Below, in pieces: positions 1 to 13,467 of a stretch of 64,000 nt of DNA. The translations under genes were made by a program, and so were the position numbers. The notes below the pieces were generated by a model that had not been told where the DNA came from, made no database searches, and worked only from the letters and a program-made list of their open reading frames with translations. How positions within the stretch are numbered: the first letter of the stretch is position 1; each line of letters starts with the position of its first letter. The stretch lies in assembly GCF_009914755.1 (NCBI RefSeq), contig NC_060927.1, one strand, 5' to 3'. The DNA is from the human T2T-CHM13v2.0 reference genome, Homo sapiens.

Positions 1-618
1 TATGATCTGACTTTCTGTGTAACTCTGAATAGAAAATGCTGTAAACTGAGGACTCAGAGTCCAAATTCAGACCAGAAGATTTTTCTTACATAATTAAATG
101 TTTTTCAATAGTTGCAACTATGTACAAATTGAGAAAGTAATTTGTAATTGATCTTGCTTCCTGTCCAAAAATAGAAAGTTTTGTAAGATTACATTCAAAT
201 TTCTAGATAGTAGCAACTGGCTAGAGATAAATAGCAGCTGCTCCTTTTATATGTTTATTTATTTTCCAGCCGTATTGAGGTATACTTAAGGAATAAAAAT
301 TATATATATTTTAAGTGTACAATGTGATGTTTTTATAGATGCATACATTGTAAAATGATAACCACAATAAAGATAATTAACATACTAATCACATCACATA
401 GTATGATTTTTTTTTTTTGTGGTAAGAACACTTAAGATCAGATCTTAGCAGATTTCGAGAATATAGTTAGCCTTCCATATCCATGGGTTCTGCATCTGTG
501 GGGTCAACAAACCATGGGTAAAAAATACTCAGAAAAAAACCTGCATCTGTAGTGAACATGTACAGACTTTTTTTCTTGTTATTCCCTAAAATATAGCATA
601 TGAAAACTTTTTACATTG

Positions 619-897
619 TGATATGGTTTGGCTGTGCCCCCACCCAAATCTCACCTTGAATTGTAATAATCCCCACATGTCAAGTCAGACCAGGTGGAGT
701 TAATTGAACCATACTGTTCTTGTGGTAGTGAATAAGTCTCATGAGGTATGATGGTTTTATAAACGGGGGAGTTCCCCTGAACAAGCTCTCTTGCCTGCCA
801 CCATGTAAGATGTAACTTTGCTCCTCATTCACCTTCTGCCATGATTGTGAGGCCTCCCCAGCCATCTGGAACTGTGAGTCCATTAAACTACTTTCCT
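619..897 (+). mobile_element. THE1 (ERVL-MaLR) LTR, 3' end missing
   Basis: Starts TGATATGGTTTGGCTGTG.CCCCACCCAAATCTCA and stops at CATTAAACTACTTTCCT, without the terminal ...GACTAATACA. Confidence 0.88.
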
Positions 898-1221
<324 letters not shown>

Positions 1222-3656
1222 TTATTTAAGTATATGTGAGGATGTGCATAAGTTATATGCAAGTATTATGCCATTCTATATCAGGGACATGAACATTCTT
1301 GATCTTGGTATGCACAGGAGGTCCTGGAGTCAATTTCCCATGGATATGGAGGGACAACTGTACAATGCAGTATTATTACCTATAGTTTAGTGCCATACAT
1401 TAGATTTCCAGAACTTATTCATTGTATATAACTGAATCTTTGTACCCTTTGAGCAACATCTCTCTATTTTCCCCATTCCCCGTCCCTGGCAGCCACCATT
1501 CTACTCTGTTTTTATGAGTCCAACTGGTTTATATTCTCACAATATAAGTGAGATCATGCAGTATTTGCTTTTCTGTGTCTTGCTTATTTCACTTAGTATG
1601 ATGTCCTCCAGGTTCATCCATGTTGTCACAAATGACAGAATCGACTTCTTTTTAAGGCTGAATGAAAAAGCAGCTGTTCCTTTTAAACAGGACATTTATT
1701 TTCCGTTTACCAGAATATTTGCTATTCCCTATGGTATTTCACCCCGCTGTTTCACCAACCTAACTGCTAGCCCCTTTGGTTTTTTGAGTTTTTATCCTGT
1801 GGGCTTAGGAGGGAAATTCTCTGATTACATAAGAGTACATTCTTGATATCTGTGATAATTTCTCATGATGAATGAATAGGGATGTATATCTAGCTTTCTA
1901 TGTAGCTTGACTGTAATATTAATGCTGACTGAATCTTATGTTTTCAAGAATTTTCTACTTCTTATTGTTAAATTAGAAATTGTCATTCTCATGACTACCT
2001 CAGTGTTAGATACCTTTGATTTAGTGAGATTCTGCCTCTAATAAATTATTTATTCCTGGACATAAAAAGAGAAAGGCTGAACTATCTAGGCAAAGCGTCA
2101 GATCCTGGAACATGGAGAATAAGGCACTCCTGGATAAGGCATTCTGTCTTCTCCTATATGACAAAGTACTACTTCTGATTTTATTTTATAGGAAAGAAAC
2201 ACTGAAACAAGAGTCACCAGAAATTTAGTTCTGTGTTTGTCTGTCATTAAATTGCCTGTGTGATCATGAAAAAAAATACCTTAACATACCTTGGCTTTGC
2301 CCCATAAATCAAATGAAAGAGTTGAACTAAAATCTCTCTGAATTTCTACTTTGCTCTGGTTTTATGTAACTCAACTGTACGTACTTTAACCTTCTGGAGT
2401 TCATATGCAGATTTTATGTATGATTTATGCATAATTAAGCCCTGTATGTGAAGGATTTAATAAAACACAAATTTCTGTGTTACTGCCATATTAGCATCTA
2501 TATTTATATTCAAACACAGAAGGTTAGATTTTGGATGTATTTCAGCAACATTTGGATATCCGATGATTTTTTAAGCTGCTTTTAATCATTAATATAACAG
2601 AATTCAAACAAAAACAACAAAATAGGCACATCAAAACATGTTTGACTTGAACAAAAATAGCAAGCAGCTGGGAACACAGGTACACTATGCAAAATAGCCT
2701 TGTGCATATCACATTTTACATATTTATAACTGTGTAGCTCCACTGTATTGACAGTTAATGGAGTGTCAATGGGAGAGAAGCTGTCTCAAAGGCTTATTTT
2801 TATTGGACAAAGGAAAAAAGGGCCTGGAAGCCTGGTTTTCTTTTTGTCAAATCAAGTTATCTAGGAGAATAAATCATCCATTTACTTTGGACATGCTACT
2901 TATGTTCCTATTTTTCCAAGAGCTAACTCAGTAATACCAGGATAGAGTCATCTTCATTTATGTCCAAGTTGAGTCTAGAAAACAGAAACAATGTTTTCTA
3001 TATAATTACTTTAGCGATTATGGAGGAAGGTGATGCATTTGACTAGCAAATTGATATAAACAAAAAACTCCAAAACCAAAAAACTAAAGGTTTACCATCA
3101 ATACAGAATATGTAGTAATTTCACTAGGTATTTTCTACTAGATATCCAACGGAACAGAAGGGAGTAGAATGAAGAATATAGAAAATGAGGTTATAATTCC
3201 TTCCTTTGCAATATAGTTAAGAAAGACAAGGCATATACTACTGCTTTAAGTCTTATTGTATAATTTAAATATAATAGGAAAATGAAGAGAAAAATGTGAA
3301 AGTGTTATCTTTGCGTGACATAATATTGGTAATAAAAACCTTATTGTCAGGACTGGAGAAGTAGTGAGTAGGGCTTAGGTTTAGTTTGTGGTCCATGAAG
3401 CAAAACTGTGGGGCACTGCTGATTTCATAGGCAGGAAATTCACTAAGATACACCAAAAGCAAAGTTATAGATAAATTTGGAGGCATGATTATTGAGAGTA
3501 TCCAAAGATCAGTCATTAGGGAAAAAAGTGAGATAATTAAAGACAAAGAGTTCTAGGGTGATCCAGTTTGGAATCTGCATTGCACCATTGTGGCCCAAAT
3601 CTCTATATAGGATATGTGTCTAGCTATGTGTGTCTTGTTATATTAGTTCTCTGTTA

Positions 3657-4143
3657 GTATTAGCTATCTGTTGCTGCATAATAAATTACTCTCCAAAATT
3701 AGCAGCTTAAAATAACAAGTTCACAGCTTTTGTAGATCAGAAATTTGGGAGCAGCTTAGCTGGGTGTTTCTGGCCCAGGATCTCTCATGAGGTTGAGTCA
3801 AGATGTCAACCAGGTCTGCAGTCATCTGAAGGCTTGATTAGGGATAGAGGCTCTGCTCCATTTGTTCACATGGCTATTGGCAAGGGGTCCCAAGTTCTTG
3901 CTATGTGAGCCTCTACCTAGGGCTGCTTGAGTGTCAGCTAGCAACTGGCTTTCCTAGAGTGAGTGGTCCAAGAGACAGAGCAAGGAGAAAGTCACTATGC
4001 CTTTTGTGTTTTAATAGATAAGTCACATACCAAGATTTCTGCCACTTACTAAAGCACACAGCAAAGGAGAGGGGAATTAGGTTCCTTACGCTTTGAAGAG
4101 AGAAGTATCAAATAATTTGTGGACATACTTTAAAGCCACTGCA
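3657..4143 (-). mobile_element. MLT1(F/G/H-like) MaLR LTR
   Basis: Reverse complement starts ...GTGGCTTTAAAGTATGTCCACAAATTATTTGATACT, with a typical MLT1 body. Confidence 0.7.
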
Positions 4144-4212
4144 GTGTGATAAATGTGTACTATATCACCTGAAAGTGAATTGGAGTTATTGGGTAAGGCT
4201 TCTTGGAAGAGA

Positions 4213-4975
<763 letters not shown>

Positions 4976-5335
4976 AAGGATCTCTTTCATAAGAAGAGAA
5001 ATGAACTTGGTCTTGAAGATGAGGAAGGAGGGCCATTGAGAGCTGTATGCATAGTAAGTGCAAAAGATAAGAATAAACAAATCTAAGTCTACCAAAACTG
5101 AAGTTATGCGGTCCAGAGAGGTCAAAACAGGTTGGATATGGCTAGAGCCATGTTATGGGGGCTCCTGAAAAAGGCAGGAGTTCGGACTTCATATTAGAGG
5201 CAGCACTTGACAGTTTTTACACCGAGGTGTGCCAAGATAATAGGAAGAGGGAGCGGAAAACGTAAGAGACTTATGTTTGGTTAGATATAAGGAATAAATG
5301 AAGCAATGTCCACAAAAATTCAGTTTTGAATAACC

Positions 5336-5631
5336 TTTTTTTATTTTTTTGAGACGGAGGCTCACTCTGTCACCCAGGCTGGAGTGCAGTGGTACCAACT
5401 CGGCTCACTGAAACCTCCGCCTCCCAGGTTCAAGTGATTCTCCTGCCTCAGCTTCCCTAGTAGCTGGGATTACAGGTGCCTGCCACCACGCCCAGCTAAT
5501 TTGTGTATTTTTAGTAGAGACGGGGTTTCACTATGTTGGCCAGGCTGGTCTCGAACTCCTGACCTCAGGTGATCCACCCGCCTCAGCCTCCCAAAGTGCT
5601 GGGATTATGGCGTGAGCCACTGCGCCCAGCC
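5336..5631 (-). mobile_element. AluSx/Sz
   Basis: Full Alu dimer, GACCTCAGGTGATCCACCCGCC, TSD AATAACCTTT. Confidence 0.92.
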
Positions 5632-6769
5632 AAATAACCTTTCAAGTAAAAGAAATACTAAGTACTATTAATAAATGGTCAAATGAATAAAAATGTGAAT
5701 TTGTTTGAATGAGGTATCCTCATTTATAGACTCATAGTTTCTACAATTTGCCAGAACTGCAAGAAAGCCTACAATTATAGACATTCTAACCTAAAAAATT
5801 ATACTGAAGTATGAGTATAGGAATGAAAAAAATGTTATAAAAGAAACAATCATAACAAATTAGTCATTAACCTTCATAAGGAGATCTGTTCTTTGAATAG
5901 CACTGGTAGGCATGAGCTTAAGATTTAGCTTGGACACAACTGTTTACTCAAATATCCATCTATGGTTTGGATAATCAGTAGGGAAGTCCTGTGAGATGCA
6001 AGTAGTCCTTCCTCCTGATTTGACTTGAAGCACACAGAAAGGATTATCTTTTATATCTACATGAGTGATTTTAATGGTGATAAACCTAAGAAGAAACATT
6101 GATGTGTATGCCATAGTTTAGAAAAGAATAAAAGTATGATAGAGCTTAAAGTGAATCCTGCTTGAATCATATCTGTTCCTTCATTACATCCAACCTGCTA
6201 TCAATAGCAAATCAGAGGGAAAAAGCAGCAGTGAATATTTGGAAATTGCTAATACAGAGTAGAACATGTGAGAGGTACGTGAGTGATTATGCTCAGTGAC
6301 ACTAACATAACATTTTATGGCAAACCCTGGTTTACATGGCACGATGTTAAGCATAAATTCCCTAGCTGCACTTCCACGCATTTAGAATGTAGAGATAATT
6401 CCTGTTAACAGTGATGGTCCTTGAATGCCTGCTGAGTTTAATTTAACAGAGAAAAAGGAAATTACATTCTGAATGTGTGTACTTTGTGTTGTACGTTCTT
6501 TCCTGATACTTCGAAAATTACCAGTGCAGTTAAGGGCATTGTAATAATTAATCAGGATAAGGAATCAAATGTAATTCTTGTTCAGACCTTACCTAGCAAA
6601 CACCACAGGGCAATTTCAGGCCTCAATACGTCTGCAGGACCTTTTAGAAACTATATGCCTCAGGGGCGTGAACACTTGAAAAAATTCTGCAAAATATTAC
6701 TCAGTGTAATGTTACTTACATTAATTCTCTCAATTTTATTTTATTTTTATTTTAAAAAATTATTTTATT

Positions 6770-7205
6770 TATAATTTCAACTTTTATTTTAGATTCAGGG
6801 GGTACATATGCAGGTTTGTTACCTGGGTGTATTGTATGTTGCTGAGGTTTGGGGTACAATTGATCCTGTCACCCAGTGCTGAGCATAGTACCCGATAGTT
6901 TTTCAACCCTTACCCACCTGCCCTTGCCTCCAAGTGGTCCTCAGTGTCTATTATTACCAGTTTTATGTCCATGAGTACTCATTGTTTAGCTCCCACTTAT
7001 AAGTGAGAACATGTGGTATTTGGTTTTCTGTTCCTGTGTTAATTTGATTAGGATAATGGCCTCCAGCTGCATCCATATTGCTGTAAAAGACAATTTCATA
7101 CTTTTTTATGGCTTTGTAGTATTTTGTGGTGTATATGTACCTCATTTTCTTTACCCAATTTACCACTGATGGGCACCTAGGTTGATTCTCTGTCTTTGCT
7201 ACTGA
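6770..7205 (-). mobile_element. L1PA16/17-L1PB-type 3' end
   Basis: TTTCAACTTTTATTTTAGATTCAGGGGGTACAT...CTCCCACTTATAAGTGAGAACATG. Confidence 0.85.
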
Positions 7206-9219
7206 AATTCACTGATTTTTTTAAGTGCCTAGAAATTGCAAGTCACAGTACAGTGGTGAAAAATACAAATACATTCCTAGCGCTGATGGAGATTGCAAAC
7301 TAGCAGGTATCACTGAATAAAAAACACAAATGATTAATTTACTATCATACTAAGTGTTACAAGGATCTATATGGATGCTAAGAGATCCTGGCCCAGTCTG
7401 GTGGGCTGGAGAATGTTAAGTTCTGTTAGCATTAGCTTCCCAACTAACATCTCAAAAATTGCCACTCAAAACAAGGAGTATAGCAGTAACTAAAGAACAA
7501 ATAAGGAACCACCAACCAACATCTCTTCCCCAGTTAACCTTTTTTCCCCCAAATTAAACGGTTAGAGTTTATTTCACAGAACATCGTCTGACCATGGAAA
7601 TCCATGAAGAACTGGGAAGCTGTTGGTGTAAGGGAACCCTAACTTTTATGTTTTCACCATGGCCCATAAGAAATAGTGATCCCACATAGTCTCTTTATTA
7701 AGAATCAGTGTTGGAAAATAAAATGGATATGAATTGGTCATATTCCATGATTATTAGTGACAAATTTAATCTAATAGACTCTACGTCTTTACCTTAGTGA
7801 CTGAGTTCAACTCTGTCCTGCTCTGTTGTTTGTCTTGTTGGCAAAGGAAAGAAAACACACAGGTGGTAGAGTGGGTGTGGGGGAAAGCCCTATACTCAAG
7901 TTAGCTTGGTCAAGCCCAAGATGGGAAGTCTAAGAGATTCATGGTTAAAAAGATGCAAGATATCATTGCCAAAGGTAAAAGAGGCCAAAATAAAAGGCTC
8001 GGGACTCATTAGCACCGTCAGAACATTATCTTGTTCATAACACTCATTTTTAAAACTTGTGGTTGGTTTATTTGAAAGCTTGGAAAGTTAATACTGTTAT
8101 GTTGTATGTACGTGGGTATGTATTTATGTGTAATGCACACACATATGACTTGAAATAATATATTCCAAAAAAAAATTATTGAAATCCCAAGAGAAAAATA
8201 AGTCAAAGAAGAAACATCCAAATAAGTGAAGGAAAGGGAAATGCTATTATGTAAGCTATTATATTATCCACCAGCAGCTGGATAATAAAACAGCTCAGGT
8301 CAGAAAGAGGTCACCCAAGATACTCTATCAAACTGGCCCAAGACTGCCTCCTCCCTTAGGCCTCATCTCATTCTGGGCTTAGATTTTTCTGCAAATCATG
8401 GTAATTGGGAATCAATTCACACAGCTGTGAACCACTGCTCACAGATACAGAGGGAACAGATTTGAAGTTGAGCATCTCTGCTGGAAGGAGAAGGGAAGTG
8501 ACTTGTTTATGTACCATTTCATCACTCCTCCCAAGAGGCACTACCCCTGGGTTTATGTTCTGTGAAAGGTGCAGTGACATTGCGGTTTTAAAGCAAGTGG
8601 AAGATTGGCCTGCTATTAGAATTAGGGGACTTGGATTCAATTCTAAGTTAAAATCATGAAATGTTAGTGTTGCCAGGAGACTATGTATGATCTAATCCAA
8701 TTTTCTCCTTTTACAGGTGAGGGGCCTTTGAACCACAGATGTTAAACGATTTGCCATGTTAGTTAATGATAGCATCTGAACTAGAATCACCAGTAGCCGT
8801 ACTACTGCTTCTATAACATTGTTCTTCTTCTGGGACCTTGAGGCTCATGTCAATCAATTGTAGCAATTTCCTTTCTTCCGTGTCCTTATCATTTATTATG
8901 TTTAAAGTTTTCCATCATCATTGAGAACTCCGTCATATGGTTTATCATTTTTGTTTTGTCATTCTTATTCTTGTTCTCATCCAGGTGATCTTAATATTGA
9001 TATAGCTCATTAATTAGATTTGCTAAATTCAGATATTGTTTTCATCTTTTACTCTGTTTACCTTCATTTTCTTTCAACAGCAAACTCCCATGATGCCATC
9101 CTGAACCATATGTACTCCAGAACTACATCACATCTGAAGTCACAAAATCTAATATTCTACAATCATTACAACTTCTTTTCTTCCGGTCACACATTACTTC
9201 ACCTACATTGGTTACAGGG

Positions 9220-9688
9220 TACCCTGTTGAAACAAACGGACTCCAAATCCAAGGGCTCTTCCTCATGTTATAGTGTAGAAGTGAGTGGTGCAGGGTGGCA
9301 GATAGCTCTGTTTTATAAGGTCATCGAGGAACACGAGTGTTTTCTATCTCATAGTTTTGTCACCCTCTAGGGGACCGTCTTTGTTCACATATTTAAAGCT
9401 AGTTATTACTACCACTTACACTTTCTAGCCCTTAGGAAGAAGAGAGAGAATGAAGGACTAGGAGTTTTCTTATTAAAGGATGTAGTCCAAAAGTTGCACA
9501 TATTTCTTACGCCCATACGCTGTTGGCTAAAGCTTGGTCCCATGGTCTTAACTACCTAAAAGAGACATTGGGAAACATAGTCCCTAGCTGAGCAATCTTG
9601 TGTGCAGCCAAAAATTGGGATGTTCTGTTGCTGAAACGAAGAAAGAGGGAGTTGTTTTGGGGACACAATTCGCTGTTTCTGCCACTAC
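9220..9688 (-). mobile_element. Old MLT1(J/K-like) LTR within L2 remnants
   Basis: TTGGCTAAAGCTTGGTCCCATGG...GGGAAACATAGTC...TTCTGCCACTA end motif. Confidence 0.5.
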
Positions 9689-9891
9689 TCTTACTGCACT
9701 TCCATTATTGACTTCATTGGAATCCCTAGTTCTTTGTTCCAACATTTATAGCCAATTTCATCAGGGCTTTTCTGGTCTTACTTTTTGCTCTCCACAGTAA
9801 AAATCCAATGGTACACTGCTTTTCAAAAAACTATGCTTTTCGAGATAGTATTTTAGTTTGTATAGTTTTCAGAAACTAGGTCTCACCAATT

Positions 9892-10252
9892 CTTTTTTAT
9901 TTTAGATTTAGGGGGTACATATGCAGTTTTTTTAAACCTGGGAATATTGTGTGATGCTGGGGTTTGGGGTACAAATGATCCCATTACTCAGATACTGAGC
10001 ATAATACCCAACAGTTATTTTTCAACACTTGCCCCACTTCCATCCTCCACACTTTAGTAGCCCCAAGTGTCTACTATTGCCATCTTTATGTCCGTGAGTA
10101 CCCAATGTTTCAGCTCCTACTAGCAAGTGAGAACATGTGTTAATTGGTTTTCTGCTCCTGTGTTAATTTGCTTATCATGATGGTCTCCATTTGCATCCAT
10201 GTTGCTGCACAGGACATGATTTCACTATTTTTTATGGCTGCATAGTATTTCA
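9892..10252 (-). mobile_element. L1PA16/17-type 3' end, 5'-truncated
   Basis: Same 3'UTR type as 6770-7205. TSD CTCACCAATT at 9882-9891 and 10253-10262. Confidence 0.85.
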
Positions 10253-11704
10253 CTCACCAATTATTTCAAAAACTTATCCCAGTTACCCTCCTGCAACATC
10301 GATCTTAATTTATCATTATGTGTTCCTATTTGACAGTAGATGAGTGACTCTGGAGAAACTCACACAACTGTTCTTATTAGTATTGATGTACTTTGGCATT
10401 TCTAATTCACTAGGGGCCATCCTACTTAAATTCCAACAGAATCTGCTAAACTATAAGCCCCTCTAGGACGACAGTAATTCATCTTTTTTTATGTCCAATG
10501 TCTAGCACATTGTCTGGTTCTGGATGAATTTTAAAGAGTTTTGCTGGATGAAAATATGAATACTAATGTCTTTCCAATTTGGAATATTTATTAACATTTA
10601 AAAATCAGCCTTTCATCTTTTCTGTTTAAAGGTAACATCGTCCTTCTTATTTAAGGCTAATATCATCATTATAGTATTACTTTTTTCTCATATATCACAT
10701 TTTCTCAGTAACAAATGTCTGTGGATTCCACTTATAATAAATCTCTTTCAACTTGTTCTCTTTATTCACAATCATACATTATAGGCATATATTATAGCTC
10801 CACACCCTACTTCCAGGTGATTGCAATAACTTAATTTTTATGTCTTCTACTAGTCTTATTACCCACAAATTTATCCTTCATGTTACAGTAAATAAATGAC
10901 CTACATGTTTATCTTCTCTTATTACCAAGTACTCATTTCGTGGTAATGAGAACACCAATTGATGAAAGAGTTCAACAAAACATTGGAAAGTGGGAAACAG
11001 GTGGATTATTGTTAAAATTATTTAACAGTGTGCAGAGGGCCATAATTTAATCTGCGGGCAGTAGAAGAGACTAACAAAAAGAAATCTGTTCATCCTTCAA
11101 AGCCGTAGGTTTAAAAGCATGAGTTCCCATGGATGGTGAGGAAGAAGAGTGGGGTAAGAAATCAGGGATGTATGTATGTAAGAAATACATACACAAATCA
11201 CTGACATTTAGGAAATTCCTCCTAGACTAGAGTTTAGAGATTTATGATACTGAAAAGTCAGTCTGAGTGGACTGAGATTTAGGGTCTTATCAGAATTAAT
11301 TTTGAGTCTCTAATCTAAAAAATGAGATGATCATTTCCCTTTTCTCCCACCACATTCACAGAACAGCAGCAGCTTGGCATCTACATCACAAACAGAAGCC
11401 TGAAATTTTTCTCAGAAAGACCTGAAAACGCCCTGAGAAAAGGCTTCCAAAATTTGAAGAACTCCATAAGGAGGCTAACTCCATGACTAACCACTCAGAA
11501 ATAAAGCCTTCTAGTAAAAATTCCTGGCCTGCAGTCAGAACTAATAAGCTTCTCTTTAAGTATCTCTTTGATGTATCAACAAAAATTACTGAATAATTGT
11601 GAAAATGCTATCACCTAAAAAAGAGAAAAGAGTAAAATTAAATAAATAAGTCAGATGTTGATAAGGCAGGGAACAAAAAAATTTTAAAAATCAATTACCA
11701 ATTA

Positions 11705-11905
11705 CTGTAGCTAGATTACTAGGATTGACTTTGGGCTGCAATTCACCTTAAGCAAGCTACTTAGTTTCTCTGTGACTCAGTTTCCTTGTTTAAAAAAGAA
11801 TGCGTCTCCAAGAACCATATGAGAATAAAATATTTTAAAACATAAAAAGCACATGGAAGCATACCTGACAGATAGTAATCATTCAGGAAGTGTTTGATAT
11901 TATAA
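11705..11905 (+). mobile_element. MIR
   Basis: Core CTCTGTGACTCAGTTTCCTTG and degenerate MIR 3' end. Confidence 0.6.
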
Positions 11906-11987
11906 TAATTTAAACTTAAAGCAGTGATATAATTATGTTGGGATGGGAAACAGAGAGAGATAAGGTGGTGGGTAAGAGATTTAAAAG

Positions 11988-12120
11988 TAGGGTGACTGTG
12001 TAGTATGTAGTTTAACTTCCAAAGTGGGACACTTTGAGAGTAAAAAGAAATGCTATTGATATGATGCTAGAAAGTAATTAACTGCGATTATTCCAGGCAA
12101 AATAGGAAACAAAGGTCTTA
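11988..12120. mobile_element. MER81-like hAT-Blackjack fossil
   Basis: TAGGGTGACT...CCAAAGTGGGACACTTTGAGAGT. Confidence 0.55.
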
Positions 12121-12407
12121 TAGAGACTTATCTATACAATTAGAAAGGATACGATGTTTAAAATTTATAAATCAAGAAAATGCCCATGTATTTGAGAATT
12201 CTCTCTCCCTGGCATGAAGCCTGTCCGTGGTTTCCCCTCAGTTAGATGTTCACGTTAAAGCTATTTAATGTCCTATCTGATGGCCTGTGTAGCTTCCTTT
12301 CTTGCCATTTCCCTTCTTGGTCAACAGTAACATGACCCTGTGTTCCTTAAACATGCCAGAGTTTGCCATTCTTTTACCATCATCTAGAATGCTATTTCCT
12401 ACCTGCT

Positions 12408-13096
12408 TCACAAACTGTGTGGCTTAAACAGCATAAATTTAATGTCTCGCAGTTTTAGAGCCTAGAAGTCCAAAATCAAGGAGTCATCTGGGTTGGTTCT
12501 GCAGGCTTTGAGGAAGGATCTTTTCCAGGCTCCTCTCCTTGGCTTTTCGATGGCCATTATCTTCCTGAGTCTTCACCATTGTCTTCTCTTTATGCATCTC
12601 TCTGTATCTATATTTATTTTCATTTTCTTTTTTTTTTTTAATAGACAGGGTCTCACTCTGTCACCCAGGATGAAGTGCAGGTGTGATCATGGTTCACTGT
12701 AGCCTCACACTCATAGGCTCAGGTGATCCTCTGATCTCAGCCTCCCAGGTTGCTGGCACTACAGGCGAGGCACGATGTCTGGCTAATTTTTTGAAAAGTT
12801 TTTGTAGAGATGGGGTCTCACCGTGTTGCTCAGGCTGCTCTTAAACACCTGGCCTCAAGTGATCATCCCACCTCAGCCTTCCAAAGTGCTAGGATTATAG
12901 GCATGAGCTGTTACACAGCACCCACAGTTTCTCTTTTTATAAGGACACCAGTTATGTTGGATTAGGGCCCACCCTAATGACCTCATTTTAACTTGATTGC
13001 CTCTGTAAAACCTATATCTCCAAATAAGGTCATGTCCTGAGGTACTGAGTGTTAAGACTTCAACATGTTATTGAACCAACAATTCAATGCGTAATA
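12408..13096 (-). mobile_element. MLT1B/C LTR interrupted by AluJ
   Basis: GGCTTAAACAGCATAAATTTA...AAGTCCAAAATCAAGG and GGATTAGGGCCCACCCTAATGACCTCATTTTAACTTG. Confidence 0.8.
12625..12921 (-). mobile_element. AluJ
   Basis: Diverged Alu dimer, GACAGGGTCTCACTCTG, GGCCTCAAGTGATC. Confidence 0.85.
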
Positions 13097-13467
13097 TTTA
13101 AGTGAAATTCAATTTATTTTATAAAACCCAACTAAAATACAACCTGTTTTAAGGCTCTATTTTGCTCCCCCCATCCTGCTTCAGAGTTATCCCTAAAAAC
13201 TGTATGAATCACTGCAACTTGCATAATTCTATAGTTGCTTTTAGCTTAGACTGTAATTGATTTATTTGCAAACTAATATTTGCCTCTCTATTAGACCATG
13301 CACAATTTGAGACTAGAAAGTATTATATTTATCTCAGTATCCTCAGAACTTAGCATAAAATAAGATTGCGATTATATAATCATTACCATGAACACCAAAA
13401 AGCTTTATGAAAATTTATATTATTTTACTTATTAAATATGTAAGATAGTATAAGTTTTCCACCTCTC

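Noticed and set aside
6208-6274. Possible + strand exon (AATAG|C ... GAG|GTACGT)
   Set aside because: Weak acceptor, 67 nt (frame-shifting) and an unrecognised peptide.
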